Source: a virus. From it: a stretch of DNA of 41,058 bases. The DNA lies in the IMG/VR virus record IMGVR_UViG_3300045988_101518, positions 1-41,058 of that record; one strand, written 5' to 3'. Position numbers and translations under genes: made by a program. Below the pieces are notes generated by a model, which was not told the origin of the DNA, did no database searches, and saw nothing but the letters and a program-made list of their open reading frames with translations. Of the stretch, positions 31,358-39,112 are shown piece by piece. Position 1 is the stretch's first letter. Each line of letters starts with the position of its first letter.

Positions 31358-32868
31358 TCCACCTCCTCCAAAAGAATGTAATATTTATCGTCTTGTTTCA
31401 CTTTATTTAGTACCTTAAATTTACTCATAACAGGATAAAGCACTTCTTTTTCCATATCGTTCATGTCACCTAAATCTTTGGCTTTTTTAGCATTTTGAAT
31501 ATAAATCTGCACTTTGGCAGCCTCATCATAAAATCCCTCTTTTGTTGCAGATAAATATTGGCTTGGTATATATTCCTCACCTATTTTCATTTTGTCATAA
31601 AAATTCTTTGCCTCTATATCATGAATAAAAATAAGCGATCGGTTTAAATCACCCTCATAATATGGTAATTTTTCTAATGCTTTATCTAATTTTATTATCC
31701 AATCTTTTTCCGATTCTGTCAATGCCTCATGACGACGTAATTTATCATTTAACACATATGAATCAGGACTGACATAACGTATAATAGCACCCTTTTCGTC
31801 TTGTGTAAGTTCCGCTATCTGTTGTGACCATATCTTCTCTTTACGCTTGTAATCTTCCCGATTATCACCATCTAACGAAAATCTTGCCAACCTGCTATAT
31901 TTTGCCTTCTGCCTTGCCACATACTGTTGCCTGGCCTCCTGCCTGCTCTGCTTCTCAATATCTGCCAGCTCCTGCCTGCTGAACTTATCATCCGGGGGAG
32001 TGCTGATGCCTGGAAAGTATGTAGTATGGCTATCCTTGCACCGTGGATGATACAGTCCTGCAGATATGGCAGAGCTCATAAGTGGATAGTTGCCGTCTAA
32101 CTTGCTCCCGCCGCTCCAGACATCATCAATCAGCACCTTACCCACAAAGGGTAGACACTTATGACATGGGTTTCCCCGTTTATTCATGATGACCAGATGC
32201 AAGCCCCACTCCTGACGTTTCTGGCCCTCACCCTGCAGGTATGCCCGCTTGCTGGCTGTCCTGATCGCCATATCAGCATAGTCAGACAGCGTGTGCCTGG
32301 CTCCATTGGCGTACTCAACGCAATTTAACCCGGCAGACAGCATATCCTTTGTAGCCATGTCCACGGCTTTCTCGTAGGTGCCTGCTCCGGTATTGGCGTA
32401 AACCTGGGCATTATATATGACCTTCCGGTACTGGTCATTGGCCATGCGCAGGACTGCTGTTTCAGCCTTCTGCATATCATTTGTGGTGGCTTTGATAAGA
32501 GAATCTAATTTTCGGTCATTAAGCTTAAAAAACTCCACCATTGCTCCAGAGCTGACCTTCTTGGCCGGGAAACCTTTCTTAATGGCTCTCAATATTGCTT
32601 TCTCCTGATCCATACCACCCTGCTTATGCGCTGCATAGATCAGAGACTCAATCTCTCTGTTGATGTCCTTAAACTGCCCTTTAAATCGCTTCTGGTTGTT
32701 CTTCTTGTACTGTTCTAGGGATTTGAGCTGCAAAGCCTGCCACTGCTCCCAATGCATCCCTTCCGCATCCTCCCATGCACGATGGCGTTTCATGTTGCGA
32801 ACCATAGAAGCCATTAACTCATCTTCAATGGCTTGAAAAGCTTTGCCGATGTCATAATCATTTGCCAT
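31354..32868 (-). CDS. Minor capsid / head morphogenesis protein (SPP1 gp7 / Mu F-like) fused to a C-terminal ADP-ribosyltransferase domain
   Basis: gp7-type motifs NPCHKC ... HPRCKDSHT in the N-terminal two thirds. Residues about 352-504 carry the R-S-E ART triad: YVLNDKLR, GDLNR(410)SL, LS(440)AT, ME(473)KE(475)VLY. Confidence 0.8.
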   Translation of the reverse strand: MANDYDIGKAFQAIEDELMASMVRNMKRHRAWEDAEGMHWEQWQALQLKSLEQYKKNNQKRFKGQFKDINREIESLIYAAHKQGGMDQEKAILRAIKKGFPAKKVSSGAMVEFFKLNDRKLDSLIKATTNDMQKAETAVLRMANDQYRKVIYNAQVYANTGAGTYEKAVDMATKDMLSAGLNCVEYANGARHTLSDYADMAIRTASKRAYLQGEGQKRQEWGLHLVIMNKRGNPCHKCLPFVGKVLIDDVWSGGSKLDGNYPLMSSAISAGLYHPRCKDSHTTYFPGISTPPDDKFSRQELADIEKQSRQEARQQYVARQKAKYSRLARFSLDGDNREDYKRKEKIWSQQIAELTQDEKGAIIRYVSPDSYVLNDKLRRHEALTESEKDWIIKLDKALEKLPYYEGDLNRSLIFIHDIEAKNFYDKMKIGEEYIPSQYLSATKEGFYDEAAKVQIYIQNAKKAKDLGDMNDMEKEVLYPVMSKFKVLNKVKQDDKYYILLEEVE

Positions 32869-33079
32869 TGGCCATCACCTTAAATCCTTGGGCTTTAAAC
32901 TGCCTCGTCATTGCCTTGAGCTGTGTGGTACTCTTGCAGTGATCATTACGCAATTCAGCGTAATCAGCCTTTTCCAGGGCGTATATTCCCATTGGCACCT
33001 GTTCCTTTGCCACCTCCAGCAGCCCCTGGTACTCCTTCCGGGACATTCGGTATATTCTGGATCCGATTTTCACCTTCAC
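32858..33079 (-). CDS. Hypothetical basic 73-aa protein
   Basis: GTG 33079 follows GGAAGGGG. It overlaps the portal 3' end by 116 nt in another frame. Confidence 0.4.
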   Translation of the reverse strand: MKVKIGSRIYRMSRKEYQGLLEVAKEQVPMGIYALEKADYAELRNDHCKSTTQLKAMTRQFKAQGFKVMANGK

Positions 33080-34559
33080 TTACGTTCACCCCTTCCAGAT
33101 TCAGTGCTGGCTCTTCCACCTCGGCAATTCCTTGTTCCTCCTTCAGGCGCTTTACCTCTTCTGCCTTCCAGTCCTCGTCCTTACGGTCTCCCCAAAGAGC
33201 GTCAACTTTTGTCTCCGTAGACATCAGATTGTTTTGTGCAGCTTCACCGACTGTTTTAACCGTCTGCTCAAAAGTTGGGGAACCATATTCCCCAAACTCT
33301 ATGACTGCCTCATACTCTCCCGGATTCCGGCCATACAGCAGGTCATTTGCCTGCATAACAACCGTGATCAACTGCGGTATATCCTCGGTCAAGGCATCCA
33401 CTATCTTGCCCCTGGTATACAGCGTAGCTTTTTCCTTTTCCCTTTGGCTCTCAGCATTATCTGTTTTTTTCAAGTCAATCCCAAGGGTGGCCGGAGAGAT
33501 TATTCCCTGCAGACACATATCCAAATTACTGGCATAGGTCTCAACGTATGCCTCGTAATTGATGGCTGGCTGTACCACCTCAATTTTATCGCCGTCTCCG
33601 TTTTCGCTCATCGTACTTTTGACTTTGACAAATTTATTATCAAAGGGATTCGGCGTCAGCAGATCACCATGTACGCCATCACGCGGTATCATGTCAGTAG
33701 GTATGTATTTGTTTACCCTGCCGTCCCTGATCGCATCCACCCACTGGCTGATTGTTTCATCCAGGGCGTCGAAGCTGTCTGATTTGCCATCGTAGATACT
33801 GCGGCCACGGCCCGCGAATTTCGGGGACTTAAAATAAGTCATGGGTACTCCCAGTATAAAATCACCTGGGAAAGTAACATCTGCCTGTCCTTTTGTTTCA
33901 TCCAGGGTTGATAATGCAACCTCCTTATCGCCCTCATCGAATAGCTTCTGACGGATATAACCTTTGCCGTATATGCTGCGGAGTTTATAGGTCTTCTGTC
34001 CCTGCTCGTAAAAAGTGTTGAACCAGATTTCTTTCAGACGCCCGTTTTCCCGGTAATACTCTACGTTCTCGCCGCTGTAATACTCAATTAGTGGATACTT
34101 GGATATATCTGTATTAATAGACACCCGGAAGGCTCCGTCACCAGTGACCAGCGTTTCTACAATGGCGCTGCTTAGGATATCGTCAAAATCATTTTCCTTT
34201 GCGATATCCTCCCAGACCTTGGTATCGCCCTCTTTCGGGCTGTCATCATTAACCGTAATGCTGTCAATATCAGACACCACAATATCAGACAGCCTTTCAG
34301 CAATGATTGCCGGCAGGCCGCTGTGAAATTTACGGACGTATCCACAACTGGGGACCGCAGCCCAGAATCGGGACCGTGAAACGTCATCTACTGCACTGGC
34401 CTTAAAGAACTGGTCCAGCTCACTGGGATCCCCTCTGTACCATATTCTATTTTTCATCACATTTCCGTTGTAAGACAGCGGTTCCTTAATGACAATCTGC
34501 CGGTCACTGGCAGGTTGTATTTTAAGCATTTTTGCAATCATATTTTTTAACCATCCCAT
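32964..34559 (-). CDS. Portal protein
   Basis: 531 aa between terL and the gp7-like gene. Gly-rich, disordered C-terminal tail. Confidence 0.8.
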   Translation of the reverse strand: MGWLKNMIAKMLKIQPASDRQIVIKEPLSYNGNVMKNRIWYRGDPSELDQFFKASAVDDVSRSRFWAAVPSCGYVRKFHSGLPAIIAERLSDIVVSDIDSITVNDDSPKEGDTKVWEDIAKENDFDDILSSAIVETLVTGDGAFRVSINTDISKYPLIEYYSGENVEYYRENGRLKEIWFNTFYEQGQKTYKLRSIYGKGYIRQKLFDEGDKEVALSTLDETKGQADVTFPGDFILGVPMTYFKSPKFAGRGRSIYDGKSDSFDALDETISQWVDAIRDGRVNKYIPTDMIPRDGVHGDLLTPNPFDNKFVKVKSTMSENGDGDKIEVVQPAINYEAYVETYASNLDMCLQGIISPATLGIDLKKTDNAESQREKEKATLYTRGKIVDALTEDIPQLITVVMQANDLLYGRNPGEYEAVIEFGEYGSPTFEQTVKTVGEAAQNNLMSTETKVDALWGDRKDEDWKAEEVKRLKEEQGIAEVEEPALNLEGVNVSEGENRIQNIPNVPEGVPGAAGGGKGTGANGNIRPGKG

Positions 34560-34571
34560 TTCTTACGCTCC

Positions 34572-34600
34572 TTGCTATTATCTTCCAATTCTTTTATAAT
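34572..34600 (+). promoter_or_regulatory. SigA-type promoter for the plus-strand gene 34646
   Basis: TTGCTA (34572-34577), 17-nt spacer, TATAAT (34595-34600). Confidence 0.55.
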
Positions 34601-34645
34601 TTAAGTATAGGCCTACACGCCGAGTATATAAGAAAGGAGAACGTT

Positions 34646-34816
34646 ATGACTAACGAAGAAATAATCAAACTTGTAGTTGAGCTAACCACCGCAAAAATGG
34701 GAAATACCTCATTGGTCCCTAATGCAGAATCAGGCAAAGGCGTTGGTGATTTCATGGAAGCTCTCTACAACAAATTAGTAGAATTGAATGAAAAAGAACA
34801 GCAAATCACCCTGTAA
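34646..34816 (+). CDS. Hypothetical 56-aa helical protein, opposite strand, between portal and terminase
   Basis: ATG 34646 follows AAAGGAGA. Has its own promoter. Confidence 0.5.
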   Translation: MTNEEIIKLVVELTTAKMGNTSLVPNAESGKGVGDFMEALYNKLVELNEKEQQITL

Positions 34817-34949
34817 TCTTCCAAAGTTCTATTAATTCATGTGCAATGGCTGGTATATCCATTCTTTCACCTTCCAGCCGTTGCATTGTTGCTTCGCGTT
34901 CTATATATTCAAGTAAAATTCTTTCCAGCCTTTTCTGTTCATCACTCAT
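34806..34949 (-). CDS. Hypothetical 47-aa protein
   Basis: ATG 34949 lies 9-10 nt after GGGAGGTG. MSDEQKRLERILLEYIEREATMQRLEGERMDIPAIAHELIELWKITG. Below the ORF-track cutoff. Confidence 0.45.
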   Translation of the reverse strand: MSDEQKRLERILLEYIEREATMQRLEGERMDIPAIAHELIELWKITG

Positions 34950-34973
34950 TTTTCATTTCACCTCCCTTGGTTC

Positions 34974-36413
34974 TCACGCTCCTAACATATACATCGTCTC
35001 AGCCACACCCGTAGTGCAATCCGGCGCATCATCGTGCTTATTTTCACCATCTCTTTGATACCGCAACATTGCGGTGTAGTATTCCGGCCACTTATGCCTC
35101 CAGTTGGATGGATACAGGACATGCTCCATCACCCATGTTGCATTTGATATGATCCTGGCTTTTTTGTTTTTCGACTGGTGGAACCACTTAATCACTGTTT
35201 TGAAGTTTTTAAGCTGCTCCTCAGATATCCGCTTTACATTCCGAGCAAATCCTGATCCACCATTGTTACTCTCAATCCTTGACCGGTTCACCTCAAACGC
35301 CTGGAATCGCTTCGCTGTCTCCGGCTCTGTTATCTCCATACCTGCCTGTGTGTAATAGACATCCAGCACATAAGCCTCCCGCATGTATACTCCCCATATG
35401 ATGGTGCACAGGTAATCAGCTCCTTCATCGGCGGTATCTGTATAGCTGTAAATGCCCTCAAACAGGCTGTTACCCTGCTCGTCCACCGGCAGCCGGTCAT
35501 AGGTCTTAAAGCTGGTGTACAGCCGGCCTTTCAAGTCAATTGGCTCCTGCTGGTAGTTGGCAGAAGCAATGTCCTCTCCCATCTCAGAAATAACATCCTC
35601 ATACTCTGCCTTAGTCATAATCTCATCACAGAGCATGGAACCATCATCCTGTACAGCTTTATATGTGATCAGATGGCATTTATCCGCTTTCTTTTCCAGG
35701 GTCCGGCCCACCAGGTCATCAGATGCCCATCGGGTCATAATGAGAATCTGTTTTCTGGGACGCTCCATACGTTGTACCAGGGTATTGTTATACCATTCCC
35801 AGTGTTTGTCCTTTACCAGCTCGTTTGAGGCCTCTTCATTGTTCTTGATGATGTCATCTACAATAATATAATTGGCACCAATACCAGTTGACGTTCCTCC
35901 TGGAGATGTAGCCAGATAGTTTTTTTCTTCGGACCCATTCAGGCTCCAGAATCCTTTTGCAGCATCTCCCTGTTTGATGGTCGTATTTGGGAAAATGTCA
36001 GAGAAATACTTCTGCTTCACATTCTCATTTTCCGTGAGAATTCCATCCCTGGTCTGCTGCGCAAACAATCCGGAAAGAATCTGGTTGTAGGAACCGGTAA
36101 TAATCTTTGTCCTAGGGTCCTGCCCAAACATCCAGAGAACAAACAACCTGGCCGTAAAGGTCTTCCCATGTCTGGGTGGCATGTTTATGATCAGTATCTG
36201 CTTGTCTATGCTGCCATCGTAAAAAGCCTGTAGTGTCTGACACAGATCCTTCAGATACGGGCGGCTCTCTTTGTAAAATTCCGGATAAAGAAGGCAACAA
36301 AAAGACCAGAAATCTCTTCTGGCCTTCTTTACTGCAAGGGCTTCCTGCAGCTTCAAATATTCAATTATTTCCTGTCTGTTATGAGCTGTTGATTTTCTCG
36401 TATTTCTTTGCAA
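34974..36413 (-). CDS. terL: Terminase large subunit
   Basis: 479 aa. ATPase Walker A-like INMPPRHGKTF, Walker B IIVDDI, C-terminal nuclease region. The only in-frame start is TTG 36413, inside the terS 3' end. Confidence 0.85.
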   Translation of the reverse strand: MQRNTRKSTAHNRQEIIEYLKLQEALAVKKARRDFWSFCCLLYPEFYKESRPYLKDLCQTLQAFYDGSIDKQILIINMPPRHGKTFTARLFVLWMFGQDPRTKIITGSYNQILSGLFAQQTRDGILTENENVKQKYFSDIFPNTTIKQGDAAKGFWSLNGSEEKNYLATSPGGTSTGIGANYIIVDDIIKNNEEASNELVKDKHWEWYNNTLVQRMERPRKQILIMTRWASDDLVGRTLEKKADKCHLITYKAVQDDGSMLCDEIMTKAEYEDVISEMGEDIASANYQQEPIDLKGRLYTSFKTYDRLPVDEQGNSLFEGIYSYTDTADEGADYLCTIIWGVYMREAYVLDVYYTQAGMEITEPETAKRFQAFEVNRSRIESNNGGSGFARNVKRISEEQLKNFKTVIKWFHQSKNKKARIISNATWVMEHVLYPSNWRHKWPEYYTAMLRYQRDGENKHDDAPDCTTGVAETMYMLGA

Positions 36414-37002
36414 GCTCCATCAGCTCCTCTTCCGTCATGTTTTCATACTGGTTCTGAACATTGAGGCCACCGCTATGCTCTACGTCTCGCTTATCTCTCC
36501 ACTTGTCAGGCCTACGGTTCTTCAACCAGAAGATTTGTGCCGTTGTATCTGGTACCACTTCTTTTTTTACCTTCTTGGTTATTTCCATTTCCAGATTACC
36601 CGTTTCTGGATTTTCGCATATCTCTTTAGTTACTTCTTCATAAGAATATCCCAATGCCCGTTTAAGTAAAGCATTCTCTACCTGCCGGTCCACTACCTCT
36701 TTCCCCTTTTTTAGGGCCTCCGAAATCTCCTTATATTCATTTTTCCACCGATATAGCGTAGAGGACACTATCCCCATATTCTCGGATATCTGCTCATCTG
36801 TCAGACCATCCCTGGCCCACCCTTCCAGCAACAGCAAGCCTTCTAGCGTCAACCAATATTCATATTTTCCTTTAGCCGTAAGGCTCACCTCTTTTCTGAT
36901 TACGCAAAAACACCCAGCCAGCATATTGCCAACCGGGTGCCTCTGTTTTTTATATACTTCTATTCTTCGAGTATACCTGTCAATACATAAAATGTCAAGC
37001 AT
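36379..37002 (-). CDS. terS: Terminase small subunit (HTH type); true start probably well downstream of 37002
   Basis: GLTDEQISENMGIVSSTLYRWKNEYKEISEALKKGKEVVDRQVENALLKRALGY ... IFWLKNRRPDKWRDK. The first roughly 40 codons of the track ORF overlap a promoter and terminator-like leader. Candidate starts are ATG 36924 or a GTG further downstream. Confidence 0.7.
   Translation of the reverse strand: MLDILCIDRYTRRIEVYKKQRHPVGNMLAGCFCVIRKEVSLTAKGKYEYWLTLEGLLLLEGWARDGLTDEQISENMGIVSSTLYRWKNEYKEISEALKKGKEVVDRQVENALLKRALGYSYEEVTKEICENPETGNLEMEITKKVKKEVVPDTTAQIFWLKNRRPDKWRDKRDVEHSGGLNVQNQYENMTEEELMELAKKYEKINSS
36906..36939 (-). terminator. Leader hairpin with U5 tract about 25 nt downstream of the late promoter
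   Basis: Minus strand CACCCGG (36939-36933) pairs with CTGGGTG (36917-36911), extendable by G-U pairs, and is followed by TTTTT (36910-36906). Confidence 0.45.
36970..36998 (-). promoter_or_regulatory. Near-consensus SigA promoter in front of the packaging/late operon
   Basis: On the minus strand: TTGACA (36998-36993), 17-nt spacer, TATACT (36975-36970). Confidence 0.55.
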
Positions 37003-37023
37003 GTTTTAGAACAAATATAATGA

Positions 37024-37416
37024 CTAGAATACATTGGAAAAATGTACCTTTAAAATCCGCTGACACATTTTTTCTGATATCCCAATAGCCGCTGCCACGT
37101 CATAAGTCATCATTCCGTTTATGTATTTCAGGGTCAGTATCATTCTCAAAGTCATGTCTGGGAGTTCTGCAATATAATCCCTAGCTTTGTTAATCAATAG
37201 CTGATTCTGATAATACAAGCTACTATACTGTGTCTCTATATCCATTCTCTCTTCTGTCTTGCTCATTGATGCATCAAATACTCGGCCTACATATGGCATC
37301 CCGCTTATCTCTTTACCAAGAATAAGTGAGCTGCCGACTATCTTGTCATACTTCTCCTGAAGGCTTGTAAGCTCCATGTTGTTTCTGTGGATTTGTAAGA
37401 ATTCCCGTTCTGTCAT
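37024..37416 (-). CDS. Sigma-70 region-4-like late transcription regulator (ArpU/RinA/DUF1492-like)
   Basis: 130 aa. C-terminal HTH MILTLKYINGMMTYDVAAAIGISEKMCQRILKV. Lies immediately upstream of terS. Confidence 0.5.
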   Translation of the reverse strand: MTEREFLQIHRNNMELTSLQEKYDKIVGSSLILGKEISGMPYVGRVFDASMSKTEERMDIETQYSSLYYQNQLLINKARDYIAELPDMTLRMILTLKYINGMMTYDVAAAIGISEKMCQRILKVHFSNVF

Positions 37417-37422
37417 TGGCTC

Positions 37423-37611
37423 TCACCTCCCGTACCAGTACCGTTTCCCGCTCTTCCGGTCCTCCAGCTCTACACTTTTAATCCTCAATCCCACCATCCC
37501 TGCAACCAGCTTGAGTGTGTTTACCACGTCCATGATGTGTTTCGGCAGCCTGTCCGCCTCATGGATTGCCTTGCTGGCTGTCGGGTCAGGATAGCCTTCT
37601 GCGTTTTTCAT
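37423..37611 (-). CDS. Hypothetical small protein
   Basis: 62-aa ORF. The N-terminal EGYPDPTASKAI motif is common in small phage proteins. Confidence 0.45.
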   Translation of the reverse strand: MKNAEGYPDPTASKAIHEADRLPKHIMDVVNTLKLVAGMVGLRIKSVELEDRKSGKRYWYGR

Positions 37612-37630
37612 ACTCGTACCTCCATAGATT

Positions 37631-37843
37631 CTAATTCAGTTTTATTAATTTTTTTACATGGCTACACCGAAATAAAAATGTTTGAGGTACTAAAAAGTAA
37701 CGATTTCTCGGAAGAAATAAGTTCGCATTGTTTTTAAAGCGTTCCTCGCCTGTCTTATGCAGCTCACCTTTTATTGTTTTTCCATCAAATATCGTTATCT
37801 CAACATTCTCTCCTAAATGTTTTTCCAACTCCGTTCTTTTCAC
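37631..37843 (-). CDS. Hypothetical protein
   Basis: 70-aa ORF. Confidence 0.4.
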   Translation of the reverse strand: MKRTELEKHLGENVEITIFDGKTIKGELHKTGEERFKNNANLFLPRNRYFLVPQTFLFRCSHVKKLIKLN

Positions 37844-38061
37844 TTCATACCTCCGCTAAAATCCATTATGATGCAAAAGCCCATATTACATCCATATATT
37901 AATTTTCCATGCATGTCTATCACTCCTGCCTTTGGACAATCCCTGCATGGCTCAGGCGCCCTGGCCTTCAAAATCTGCTCCCGGTGCTGCCTTTGCCAAC
38001 CCCGGCGCCACTCATCCAGATACCTCTGGAGGTCTGCGATCTGCCGCTCTCTATCATCCAT
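37840..38061 (-). CDS. Hypothetical protein
   Basis: 73-aa ORF with ATGA overlap to the downstream gene. Confidence 0.4.
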   Translation of the reverse strand: MDDRERQIADLQRYLDEWRRGWQRQHREQILKARAPEPCRDCPKAGVIDMHGKLIYGCNMGFCIIMDFSGGMK

Positions 38062-38608
38062 TGTTTACACCGCGCACAAATAAGTATCTGGTATCAACCT
38101 CTACTGCCAGAGCTGTACACTCTTCCTTTTCAGATATCTTTGAGATGTCAAAGCCCAGGCCTTCCAAATATTCGCAGGCCAACTTCGCAGATTTCAGACT
38201 TTTGACATTTATTATCAGGTTTTCATAATTCCTTTTAATTTCATCGTATACCCTGTCTTTTTCATCCAGGAGGCGCTCTCGCTTTGGCATAATGTCTTCA
38301 AAGTCTCCATCTACCATCCTCTTGAAGACTCCGCCATTGTAATTCAATATCCCTTCAATCATTCCCGCGATTGAGTAACTGGAAGGTATTATTCTGATAT
38401 GATCCTCATTGTCTTTCGCCCATTCGGCGTATACCTCATATGCAGCATTCAAATGCCCTTCAATTGATTTTGATACTTCCTCCAGGCCAATTATTTTATA
38501 AAGCGCTGCATCATGGGCCTTCACGGCCTCCTGGTACTGATCACTGACATTACTCAATGCTTCGCCTCTCTTGTCCCCCAGCCATTTTACAATCTCTCTC
38601 TTTGTCAT
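38054..38608 (-). CDS. Hypothetical protein
   Basis: 184-aa ORF. Confidence 0.5.
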   Translation of the reverse strand: MTKREIVKWLGDKRGEALSNVSDQYQEAVKAHDAALYKIIGLEEVSKSIEGHLNAAYEVYAEWAKDNEDHIRIIPSSYSIAGMIEGILNYNGGVFKRMVDGDFEDIMPKRERLLDEKDRVYDEIKRNYENLIINVKSLKSAKLACEYLEGLGFDISKISEKEECTALAVEVDTRYLFVRGVNNG

Positions 38609-38706
38609 TTATCCCAGCCCTCCAATATTTCTATCTCTGGATCACTGCCCTCGTAAGACTTTACTACTGCAACGATTTCCCATCCTGTTCTTGTTTTCAT
38701 CGGCAT
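38605..38706 (-). CDS. Hypothetical 33-aa protein
   Basis: ATG 38706 follows GGTGGGAGGACAGGAAAA. Its stop overlaps the next start (ATGA). Confidence 0.3.
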   Translation of the reverse strand: MPMKTRTGWEIVAVVKSYEGSDPEIEILEGWDK

Positions 38707-38770
38707 TTTTCCTGTCCTCCCACCAATTCCAGCAGCAGCCTCAAGGAGGCTGGTTCCTTTCTCAAATTTA

Positions 38771-39112
38771 TTATTTTGCTTTTTTAATCATATCCAAGTA
38801 ATCCTCAAATGCTTCCAGGAAGATAACATCCAGATTATCCGGAAGCATAGTCTCTTTATACTGCTCCTTTATCGCTTCCAGAAATTCCTTTGGATCATCC
38901 GCATATACACTGTTTGCTAGGATATCTGCCAGGATCCGTACCCGCTTCACGTACACTGTTCGAAGCTGGCATTGTTTCTCCTTTAACTCTGCACACAGCC
39001 TGTCATAAGAGTTCTTATACTTCGTCTGTAAGAGTTCTGCGGGCACCTGGCATTCATTCTTCTTTTTGATCTCCTGCAGTCTCATTACTTCTTTTAAAAG
39101 TTTATCTGTCAT
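38771..39112 (-). CDS. Hypothetical protein
   Basis: 113 aa from ATG 39112, which overlaps the helicase stop (ATGA). Confidence 0.5.
   Translation of the reverse strand: MTDKLLKEVMRLQEIKKKNECQVPAELLQTKYKNSYDRLCAELKEKQCQLRTVYVKRVRILADILANSVYADDPKEFLEAIKEQYKETMLPDNLDVIFLEAFEDYLDMIKKAK

Noticed and set aside
36379-36419. Possible terS-terL translational fusion or frameshift, because terL has only a TTG start with a poor SD inside terS
   Set aside because: There is no slippery site or supporting structure. A TTG start with translational coupling is sufficient. Flagged only as start-codon uncertainty.
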